Source: a virus
Taxonomy: Duplodnaviria > Heunggongvirae > Uroviricota > Caudoviricetes
Reading direction: 5' to 3' (one strand)
IMG/VR virus record: IMGVR_UViG_3300012348_000136
Coordinates: 64,001 to 95,705 of that record
Length of the DNA stretch: 31,705 nucleotides
Positions within the stretch are counted from its first letter, which is position 1. Each line of letters begins with the position of its first letter. The notes beneath the pieces are model-generated. The model made no database searches. It was given only the letters and a program-made list of their open reading frames with translations, and was not told the DNA's origin. Positions 5,603-12,400 of the stretch are shown here, one piece after another. Both the position numbers and the translations under genes were made by a program.

Positions 5603-5677
5603 GCATCCGTAGCTCAGTGGTAGAGCACAGGTTTGATAAACCTGGGGTCGTTGGATCGTTCCCAACCGGGTGTACCA
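5603..5677 (+). tRNA. tRNA-Ile(GAU)
   Basis: CAGGT-TTGATAA-ACCTG, T loop ATCGTTC, CCA. Confidence 0.92.
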
Positions 5678-5686
5678 ATTTTCAAT

Positions 5687-5771
5687 GCGTGTGTGAGATA
5701 ATGGTTGTCTAGCTGCCTTTTAAGCAGAGGAGGAAACTCCAAAGTGGGTTCGATTCCCACCGCACGTACCA
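5687..5771 (+). tRNA. tRNA-Lys(UUU), long variable arm
   Basis: CT-TTT-AA; 15-nt V region GGAG-GAAA-CTCC; acceptor identical to 3267 tRNA; CCA. Confidence 0.85.
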
Positions 5772-5776
5772 CTTTG

Positions 5777-5784
5777 TATAAATA
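5777..5784 (+). promoter_or_regulatory. T4-type late promoter
   Basis: TATAAATA, 5 nt before ATG 5790. Confidence 0.75.
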
Positions 5785-5789
5785 AAACC

Positions 5790-6056
5790 ATGACAAACGA
5801 TCTACTTAAGACAATTGAAGGAGTTCTTCGCGAAGAAGACATATTAAACGAATCCGTCAATAAATCTGAATACTCTGAAGTATCAAAGGCTATTGATACA
5901 ATCTATGGATCATTTTCTCCAACTAGTTCTTTCTCCAAAAGCTTAGTGAAATTGGATTCAGCTTATGCAGCTGACGTTAAGAAAATCCGAGAGCACATTG
6001 TTGCAATTGACAACATTTGGCAAGATCTGCGAAGCGAATTGGATAGTATGAATTAA
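5790..6056 (+). CDS. hypothetical late protein
   Basis: 88 aa ORF filling inter-tRNA gap behind late promoter. Confidence 0.75.
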   Translation: MTNDLLKTIEGVLREEDILNESVNKSEYSEVSKAIDTIYGSFSPTSSFSKSLVKLDSAYAADVKKIREHIVAIDNIWQDLRSELDSMN

Positions 6057-6057
6057 T

Positions 6058-6132
6058 GCTTGTGTAGCTCAGCGGTAGAGCAAGGAACTCTAAATTCCGT
6101 CGTCGTGGGTTCAAATCCCACCATAAGCACCA
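6058..6132 (+). tRNA. amber suppressor tRNA (CUA)
   Basis: perfect cloverleaf GCTTGTG/CATAAGC, loop CT-CTA-AA, A73-CCA. Confidence 0.88.
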
Positions 6133-6140
6133 CTCTTAAA

Positions 6141-6148
6141 CATAAATA
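6141..6148 (+). promoter_or_regulatory. late-promoter variant
   Basis: CATAAATA, 5 nt before ATG 6154. Confidence 0.55.
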
Positions 6149-6153
6149 CAAAT

Positions 6154-6774
6154 ATGAAAACAAACGCATAGGTACAAAATGTTCTTGATGACATGTCGAG
6201 AACACAACAAACGGAAACACAAACAGTATTGGATCATGGCTTAAGTGTGTGGTCTTTTTCAGAACGAATCTTGAAGAAGGATACATCTGACATGAAGATA
6301 CCAACTTGGTTTATTGATCATTATAGTTTCATCCTTGACAATTTGCATAGCGTTGAGATCATCAAAGAATACAATGTAATGCATGATTGTGGCAAGCCAT
6401 ACTGTTTAGAGATTGATGAGAATGGTAAAAGACATTTTCCCAATCATGCTGCGGTTTCCGAAAGAACTTATCGCGCTTTGCCGTATTCCAAAGATGAGGT
6501 TGCACGCCTAATTGGTCTTGATATGTTGTTGCATACCGCAACTGCCGAAGAGGTCAATGCGCTTAACTTAAGCATCGCTGATGCATTTACTTTGCTTCTA
6601 ACTGCTTTCGCTGAAGTTCATTCAAATGCAAGTATGTTTGGAGGTACTGATAGCATATCCTTTAAGTCAAAGTGGAAGAAACTTGATCGAAGAGGTAAGA
6701 TGCTAGTTTTAGATTTTTATGGAAGTCGCCCGGATGGACGAGGACACTGTCTTGAAAACAGCTGGGGCCTATAA
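6154..6774 (+). CDS. HD-domain phosphohydrolase-like protein (in-frame TAG at codon 6; alternative start 6193)
   Basis: VLDHG...MHDCGKP...HFPNHA...DMLLH; ATG 6154 is in frame with 6193 via TAG 6169-6171; last 54 nt overlap tRNA-Ser. Confidence 0.65.
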
Positions 6775-6809
6775 AGCCCTCGTGGGTTCGAATCCCACGG
6801 CTTCCGCCA
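6721..6809 (+). tRNA. tRNA-Ser(UGA)
   Basis: CT-TGA-AA, long V arm, G73-CCA. Confidence 0.92.
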
Positions 6810-6814
6810 CTTTT

Positions 6815-6893
6815 GGGTGTTGCTGATGTTGGCTCCGAAAATCGTAGTGATCTTATGAAGGTCAGCGGTTCGCGATGCCGCCTTCACTCGCCA
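6815..6893 (+). pseudogene. degenerate tRNA-like RNA, apparent AUG anticodon
   Basis: TGATC-TTATGAA-GGTCA arm, GCGG/CCGC arm with 9-nt loop, G-CCA end. Confidence 0.35.
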
Positions 6894-6901
6894 TTTCTCC
6901 T

Positions 6902-6994
6902 AAAATGCGGAAAATGCAGACTTTACGGGTAAATATCCGTTTCGGCTGCAAATTTTCCCCGAATTTCCTCTTTACAGGCATTTTTCCGCATTTT
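6902..6994. repeat. 16-17 bp inverted repeat
   Basis: AAAATGCGGAAAATGC ... GCATTTTTCCGCATTTT. Confidence 0.6.
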
Positions 6995-7026
6995 TGAAAC
7001 TTTTTTCACTTTTGTGAATTTTCTTG

Positions 7027-7055
7027 TTTACATTGGCTGAAATTTGGTGTATAAT
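7027..7055 (+). promoter_or_regulatory. sigma70-like early promoter
   Basis: TTTACA-17-TATAAT. Confidence 0.85.
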
Positions 7056-7063
7056 GGCGCTGT

Positions 7064-7396
7064 ATGGAACCGCTAAACATGAAAACGCTAGCCGCTCAGG
7101 TGGCACGTATTCAGGCGATTTTCGACACGCTTACGCCACATGCGCGTATAAGCACCGATTATGCGCCTGACGCTGACGGGTACCTGTCAATCCCTATCGT
7201 CATTGAAGGGGCTGACCCTGATTACCCAGCATATATTGAATTGGCGCCGCCTGATGGCTATGATGAAACAGCGGCGCTTGGCATTGACGCACAAAATGTA
7301 TTTGAGAAATTCAAATATTCCGCAAATGCGCTTACAGGCATCAAAGAAAAGCATGCTAAACAGCTGCTTAATTTGGCTGCCGATTATATGATGTAA
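7064..7396 (+). CDS. hypothetical early protein
   Basis: 110 aa ORF right after early promoter (alternative ATG 7079). Confidence 0.75.
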   Translation: MEPLNMKTLAAQVARIQAIFDTLTPHARISTDYAPDADGYLSIPIVIEGADPDYPAYIELAPPDGYDETAALGIDAQNVFEKFKYSANALTGIKEKHAKQLLNLAADYMM

Positions 7397-7408
7397 TTGA
7401 AAACACCC

Positions 7409-8086
7409 ATGGCAAAAAGTATCACAAAAATCATTGATGATTGCGGGAACATTCGTGTCACCCTCAATCAGGTGCATTGGCGCCGTATGCATTGCATTCA
7501 GCGTACATATGCTAGGCTGTTCGGAATTTCCGTAAAGGTCGCCGCAGGCTTAAATCAGTATTATCATTACAAAGGCGGCGGGTACCCTCGTGAAAATTCA
7601 CCGCCTCGCTATGCTGATGCTGCCGACAAGCTTGCAAATATGTTCATCGGCGCTGATTACATTGGCGAAAGCCATATCATTAACAAGTACCTTGAGCGTA
7701 ATTTCGGGCTTAAGCTAGTGCGCACAAAAGCTGCTCCGCCGCTAAAAATGCGCAAAATCACAAAGGACCTTAATAAGAACTTTGTGGCTGGCAAGCTTGA
7801 ACACCTTAAGGGAATTTCTGATCCTCAAGAAATGTTCATGGCGCTGTTGCATGAAATGGACGCTACACAAGGCACCATTTGCCAAATGTCCGATCAAATC
7901 AAGTATGCTGGCTTTGCCAATGCTTCAAGCCAAATGAAAAGCGGTAAGCTTAAGAAAAGCTCATTCTTGAAAATCGTTGGCACAAAGGCAGCCGCAATCC
8001 GCTCGCAAGTTAAAGGAACACAACGCAAACGTGATTCAATTGACGACGCGGTGCTGATGTGCGACACGCTTAAAGACTGTGTATAA
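7409..8086 (+). CDS. hypothetical basic early protein
   Basis: long ORF tandem with previous gene; ATG 7409 preferred over TTG 7397. Confidence 0.75.
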   Translation: MAKSITKIIDDCGNIRVTLNQVHWRRMHCIQRTYARLFGISVKVAAGLNQYYHYKGGGYPRENSPPRYADAADKLANMFIGADYIGESHIINKYLERNFGLKLVRTKAAPPLKMRKITKDLNKNFVAGKLEHLKGISDPQEMFMALLHEMDATQGTICQMSDQIKYAGFANASSQMKSGKLKKSSFLKIVGTKAAAIRSQVKGTQRKRDSIDDAVLMCDTLKDCV

Positions 8087-8089
8087 ATA
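8082..8089 (+). promoter_or_regulatory. T4-type late promoter for second RNA block
   Basis: TATAAATA followed by GCGGGGC-GCAA-GCCCCGC hairpin and tRNA-Ala. Confidence 0.6.
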
Positions 8090-8121
8090 AATTCACGCGG
8101 GGCGCAAGCCCCGCTTCATAT

Positions 8122-8197
8122 GGGCCTGTAGCTCAATTGGTAGAGCATCGCATTTGCATTGCGAGGGTTGAGTGTTCGAGTCACTTCAGGTCCACCA
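8122..8197 (+). tRNA. tRNA-Ala(UGC)
   Basis: G3.U70, TT-TGC-AT, CCA. Confidence 0.93.
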
Positions 8198-8203
8198 CTT
8201 TAT

Positions 8204-8539
8204 GGGGATGTTTTGGTTTCGACATAACTGGAGAAACAGCATCTGCAATCAAAGGTCTGCACGACCTCTTAAGTGCAAAAACACAAAAGGCGAAAATACC
8301 TTAGCTCTCGCTGCTTAAGCGGCGATCGTTTATCATTGACTCCTCTATTTGATAAGCGAACGACAGAGGATATCATGCATAGAGAAGATATGCTACGAAG
8401 TGTATAAGAGATGATACACTCGGGCGCTGTTCCGTTATACAGCTAGTCAGTCAGCTGACAATAAATGCTGAATATGATTGTAGGACAGATGCTGATGCAC
8501 TGGTTGTGGACACGGGTTCAACTCCCGTCATCTCCACCA
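8204..8539 (+). ncRNA. ssrA: tmRNA, inferred tag (A)GENTLALAA
   Basis: GGGGATG/CATCTCC-A-CCA with G3.U70; pk1 GGTC/GACC + TGCAC/GTGCA; GGC GAA AAT ACC TTA GCT CTC GCT GCT TAA at 8289-8318. Confidence 0.93.
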
Positions 8540-8550
8540 ATTTCTATAAC

Positions 8551-8610
8551 GCGAGTGTCGCATAGTGGTCTATTGCACTTCATTGCCAATGAAGATTTCG
8601 CAGGTTCGAG
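8551..8610 (+). pseudogene. 3'-truncated tRNA-Gly(GCC)
   Basis: intact 5' acceptor strand, D arm, CTTCA-TTGCCAA-TGAAG, GCAGG-TTCGA, then breaks off. Confidence 0.75.
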
Positions 8611-8623
8611 AAAGTTCGGTTTG

Positions 8624-8631
8624 TATAAATA
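8624..8631 (+). promoter_or_regulatory. T4-type late promoter
   Basis: TATAAATA, 5 nt before ATG 8637. Confidence 0.75.
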
Positions 8632-8636
8632 CTCGT

Positions 8637-9338
8637 ATGAACTACCAAGCTGCATACGACCATCTTATTGCATATCGTCGCGAACACCCCGCCGCCGGAT
8701 ACACCGAAAAACATCACATAGTCATGCGCTCAATGGGTGGATCCAATGTTCCCACCAACCTGGTAGTTCTAACTGGTAGAGAACATTGGATCGCCCACCT
8801 ACTCTTACATAAGATACATTGCAATTCGCAGACAATGTATGCTTGTCACATGATGGCAATGCGATGTGAAGAACGTGGTATAGCATACATTAAGAACTCG
8901 CGAATGTATGAAAAGATTCGCAAAGAGTGCGCAACATTAACATCGATGCGTATGCAATCTTCACAATCAGGTAAAGGAAATTCACAATACGGAACACGTT
9001 GGATTTGCAACATTCTATCAAAAGAGAATATGAAGATTTCTAAAGATGATATGATTCCTGATGGTTGGGTTAGTGGTCGTAATAGGTGGATTGTAAAACA
9101 TAATACTAAACCGAAAAGGGATAAGCTTGATAAGATGTTATGTATAACTGACGGTGTTCATAACAAAAGAATTTATTACACTGATCAATTACCTATTCCC
9201 GATGGATGGTTTATTGGTATCACTTATAGTAATTCTCATATGTCTAGCATAAAGAATGCTAGAAGAAAACATAATTTTTCATTAAAAGGATCTTCTGGTC
9301 AAGGAGGCTGGAAGAAACGAAATGCGGGTATGGTGTAA
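8637..9338 (+). CDS. HNH homing endonuclease
   Basis: EKHHIVMRSMGGSNVPTNLVVLTGREHWIAHLLL; repeated IPDGW..G motifs; stop lies inside next tRNA. Confidence 0.88.
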   Translation: MNYQAAYDHLIAYRREHPAAGYTEKHHIVMRSMGGSNVPTNLVVLTGREHWIAHLLLHKIHCNSQTMYACHMMAMRCEERGIAYIKNSRMYEKIRKECATLTSMRMQSSQSGKGNSQYGTRWICNILSKENMKISKDDMIPDGWVSGRNRWIVKHNTKPKRDKLDKMLCITDGVHNKRIYYTDQLPIPDGWFIGITYSNSHMSSIKNARRKHNFSLKGSSGQGGWKKRNAGMV

Positions 9339-9397
9339 TGGTAACACACGAGTCTGCCAGTCTTGTACCGAGAGTTCGATTCTCTCTACCCGTACCA
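9324..9397 (+). tRNA. tRNA-Gly(GCC)
   Basis: GCGGGTA/TACCCGT, CT-GCC-AG, CCA. Confidence 0.85.
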
Positions 9398-9404
9398 CTC
9401 TAAT

Positions 9405-9478
9405 TGCCCATTAGCCTATTGGTAAAGCGCGTGTCTCTGAAACACGAGAAGAATGTTCGATTCATTCATGGGCCGCCA
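9405..9478 (+). tRNA. tRNA-Gln(CUG)
   Basis: CGTGT-CTCTGAA-ACACG, weak 1:72 pair, G73-CCA. Confidence 0.88.
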
Positions 9479-9483
9479 ACTTA

Positions 9484-9491
9484 TATAAATA
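9484..9491 (+). promoter_or_regulatory. T4-type late promoter
   Basis: TATAAATA, 5 nt before ATG 9497. Confidence 0.75.
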
Positions 9492-9496
9492 CATAT

Positions 9497-9754
9497 ATGA
9501 ATATTCATAATCAATTACTGGAGGCGTGTTTTAATGCTCTTAATGAAAAAGCGCTCCAATTATTTTTTATATCGTCTAAAGAGGATGGCGAACAATATGT
9601 ATATGCTGCATCTAAAGAAGAAGCTGATTTAAAGTTAAAAGGAGAATCTAAACAAATTACAGCATCCGAGTTTAAGAAACGATTGGCAATTGCACATGAT
9701 AATTTAGATAAAGCACAAAGACAAGTTAATCGTATGTTAAACGTCGGTAAATGA
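9497..9754 (+). CDS. hypothetical late protein
   Basis: 85 aa; start moved out of tRNA-Gln to ATG 9497. Confidence 0.75.
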   Translation: MNIHNQLLEACFNALNEKALQLFFISSKEDGEQYVYAASKEEADLKLKGESKQITASEFKKRLAIAHDNLDKAQRQVNRMLNVGK

Positions 9755-9759
9755 TTAAT

Positions 9760-9844
9760 GCCGCAATGATGAAATGGTAGCACATGCTGGTTTCAAAAAC
9801 CAGTGCCTAACGGCGTGTGGGTTCGAGTCCCACTTGCGGTACCA
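9760..9844 (+). tRNA. tRNA-Leu(CAA)
   Basis: TT-CAA-AA, long V arm, A73-CCA. Confidence 0.93.
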
Positions 9845-9851
9845 ACTTTTG

Positions 9852-9954
9852 ATTCGAGTGGGGGAATTGGTATACCCTGGCTTAAGTTGCCTGTGAGATG
9901 AAAATCTTGCCGCCTCGACGTGGGTGTTTGTAGGTTCGAGTCCTACCTCAGAAA
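9852..9954 (+). ncRNA. tRNA-Leu-like RNA with two-hairpin expanded variable region
   Basis: Leu-type D arm GGG..TGGTATA-CCC, perfect GTAGG-TTCGAGT-CCTAC, ~37-nt V region, imperfect acceptor, no CCA. Confidence 0.5.
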
Positions 9955-9982
9955 GCACGTCGCATAATCAAAACACTTATAT

Positions 9983-10057
9983 GCTCCTATAGCTCAGAGG
10001 AAGAGCGCATCCTTGGTATGGATGAGGTCGAGATTTCAAAATTCTCTAGGAGCTCCA
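9983..10057 (+). tRNA. tRNA-Thr(GGU)
   Basis: CATCC-TTGGTAT-GGATG, CCA. Confidence 0.88.
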
Positions 10058-10061
10058 TTTT

Positions 10062-10149
10062 GCGCATGTGGTGTAATGGTAAACACGTCATCTTGAGGAG
10101 GTGATGCAGCATGTTCTGCGTGTGGGTTCGAGTCCCACCATGCGCACCA
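10062..10149 (+). tRNA. tRNA-Leu(GAG)
   Basis: TT-GAG-GA, long V arm, A73-CCA. Confidence 0.93.
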
Positions 10150-10375
10150 AAGATCTTATAGAACAACCTTATAATAGAAACGTTCTATATGAATTAAATA
10201 TGATAAACATATAAAATATAAGGGACGATCTATCTGTCGTTGACGATGTGTAGGCCACACTTTACGAGGCAGCTCTGGATATAGCACGCGTGCCGTCCCG
10301 CAATTTTCCCGTCTTAACTTATTGTCAAATATAAATATAGATATGTAGAATCTTGATTCACAGGATTCCAAATTC

Positions 10376-10383
10376 TATAAATA
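10376..10383 (+). promoter_or_regulatory. T4-type late promoter
   Basis: TATAAATA, 6 nt before ATG 10390. Confidence 0.75.
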
Positions 10384-10389
10384 ACTATC

Positions 10390-11133
10390 ATGAGCAATAA
10401 CTTCACTCACTACAACAGCGATCCTCTATTTGCTGCAGCCGCAGCAATTCTTCTTGAGGGCAAACAAATCGAAACTCCATCTGATCTTGATGAAGGTGTT
10501 GAGGAAATCAAAGCAAAGGTAAAAGACATCAAGGTTGGTGATAAGACCAACTTTGGAGTTGTTGTCGCTATTGACGGCGGCTCCATTACTTTTAAGGCCA
10601 AGGATCTTCCAAAGACAAAGATCGCATTTAATCAGCGCAAGACTGGCTCTAAGGATTTTGTTCTTGACCGCCTTGGAAAGCTTAAGGAAGATGTTGCTGA
10701 AGAAACCGAAATTGCTGAGGCTGACATCACCGTTGATTCCTCAATCACTGAAGCAGTCGGCCTTGCATCCGATACTCTCAAAGGACAGGTTGTTTCGCTT
10801 CTGCAGTTGAACACTAGCGTTAAGGTTGCACACTGGCACGCAAGCACAAGTGTTAATACACACAAGGCACTTGGCGATCTTTATGAAGCAATTGAAAGCG
10901 GTCTTGATAGCTTCATCGAAACTGAAATGGGCATCAGCCGCAATCGTCAGTTCTTGAACATGAGCTGTGAAACACGCGCTGACTATGGCGTTCCTGCTCT
11001 CATTAATGAACTACGCGCTCGCGCTGAAGCTCTTGTGAATACTTCCAAGGCACTTGGTTGTGAAGATCTTGCGAACATTGCTGCTGATCTACTCGGTGCA
11101 GTGAACAAAGCATCTTACCTTCTTGAAGTCTAA
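10390..11133 (+). CDS. late protein with C-terminal Dps/ferritin-like (DUF5856-like) domain
   Basis: VKVAHWHAST..THKALGDLYEAIESGLDSFIE. Confidence 0.7.
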   Translation: MSNNFTHYNSDPLFAAAAAILLEGKQIETPSDLDEGVEEIKAKVKDIKVGDKTNFGVVVAIDGGSITFKAKDLPKTKIAFNQRKTGSKDFVLDRLGKLKEDVAEETEIAEADITVDSSITEAVGLASDTLKGQVVSLLQLNTSVKVAHWHASTSVNTHKALGDLYEAIESGLDSFIETEMGISRNRQFLNMSCETRADYGVPALINELRARAEALVNTSKALGCEDLANIAADLLGAVNKASYLLEV

Positions 11134-11157
11134 TTCCTGTAAGTAATCTTTACTCTA

Positions 11158-11199
11158 ATACTCCGCTAGGAATCTTTTTTCTTAGCGGAGTATTTTTTT
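11158..11199 (+). terminator. intrinsic terminator
   Basis: ATACTCCGCTAGG/CTTAGCGGAGTAT stem followed by T-tract. Confidence 0.8.
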
Positions 11200-11200
11200 G

Positions 11201-11229
11201 TTTACAGACCGTGAAATTTAGGTTATAGT
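11201..11229 (+). promoter_or_regulatory. sigma70-like early promoter
   Basis: TTTACA-17-TATAGT. Confidence 0.75.
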
Positions 11230-11252
11230 AATATCATAATCAAACGGACCAT

Positions 11253-11504
11253 ATGACAGTTACCGCCACACAGCAGCTGCAAATTGAAATTAGTAAAGAG
11301 GAGCAACGTCGTATTGCGATTCGAACAATTCGAGAAGCAGCTAAGTGGGTAGAAGGAAATTACATTTCAGATGGAAAGCTAATGCTACGTGAAAGGTATT
11401 TAACTTCACATAGCTGGACTGAAGATGTTGTTGTCCGTGACGCAACTCCACTTGATCTTGCAACTGATCTACTGATTAAACATATTCTTTCTTCTCCACT
11501 ATAA
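11253..11504 (+). CDS. hypothetical protein
   Basis: 83 aa, first gene after promoter, coupled to next gene. Confidence 0.75.
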   Translation: MTVTATQQLQIEISKEEQRRIAIRTIREAAKWVEGNYISDGKLMLRERYLTSHSWTEDVVVRDATPLDLATDLLIKHILSSPL

Positions 11505-12022
11505 TGAGTGTATACTTTATCGGCGATCCACACCTAGGTCATCGCAACATCGCTAAGTTTCGCCCTTGGGTCAACAGCTGCGAACACAACACTGAACTCT
11601 TTACTTCCGAATGGCGTAGGGTGATTCGCAAGCGTGACGACATCTATATGATGGGTGATGCTGCATTTGATCAGGAATCACTTGATCTTATTGGTAACCT
11701 ACCAGGCCGCAAGATCTTGATCAAAGGTAATCATGATGACTACGTTTCAACCGCAAACCAAGCTGCGGTGTTTCATGAAATTCATGGCATGCTGAAGTAC
11801 AAAGGGATGTGGCTGACGCACTGCCCAATTCATCCTGACGAAATGCGAGCACGCAAGTGTAATGTTCATGGGCACGTTCATAACGCAACAATTATGCGTG
11901 GCTGGGGTCCTTGGCGTAAGCCTGATCCTCGTTACATCAACACATGTGTAGATGTCTTATGGCCACAACGCAACTCTTTCTTTATTTCATTGGACGAAAT
12001 TAAACAACTGACTGAAAAATAA
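11504..12022 (+). CDS. calcineurin-like metallophosphoesterase
   Basis: GDPH, GD, GNHD, HCP, HGHVH motifs. Confidence 0.9.
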   Translation: MSVYFIGDPHLGHRNIAKFRPWVNSCEHNTELFTSEWRRVIRKRDDIYMMGDAAFDQESLDLIGNLPGRKILIKGNHDDYVSTANQAAVFHEIHGMLKYKGMWLTHCPIHPDEMRARKCNVHGHVHNATIMRGWGPWRKPDPRYINTCVDVLWPQRNSFFISLDEIKQLTEK

Positions 12023-12030
12023 ACAACAAT

Positions 12031-12396
12031 ATGAGTGACGAAAATACCAACATCGCTGACGTTGAAGACACCGACCTAAAAGGTGCATTCTTCGACAATT
12101 TGAATCGCAACAACCGTAGCATTAAGCGTGATCGCGCGATTGCTATCACTGAAGATGCCAAGCTTCTTTACAAGCGTAACATCGAAGACATGGAAATGCA
12201 GATGAAGAAGCTAAATCGTGAACGGGTCAACATGCTTGACCTTTCTCCGACCAGCGCCGATTCGCTGATCCTCGCGTCTGACTTTGACGCATCCGCCTTC
12301 GTTAAGAAGGATATTGAGCTTGGCGTTAAGATCCGTAATCTGCAGATTACGCTTGACATTGCCAAGGAAAGCTACGGTAAATTGTTTGGAGAATAA
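12031..12396 (+). CDS. hypothetical coiled-coil protein
   Basis: 121 aa, operonic. Confidence 0.8.
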   Translation: MSDENTNIADVEDTDLKGAFFDNLNRNNRSIKRDRAIAITEDAKLLYKRNIEDMEMQMKKLNRERVNMLDLSPTSADSLILASDFDASAFVKKDIELGVKIRNLQITLDIAKESYGKLFGE

Positions 12397-12400
12397 TATC

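Noticed and set aside
1210-5796. Many 60-108 aa ORF-track entries across the RNA array on both strands
   Set aside because: They overlap tRNA or structured RNA genes (or lie antisense to the redoxin), lack promoters or motifs, and reflect stop-poor RNA sequence
8551-9400. Group I intron (with HNH) interrupting tRNA-Gly
   Set aside because: No 3' exon (CCTG..CACTCGC-CCA) after the ORF and no recognisable intron core
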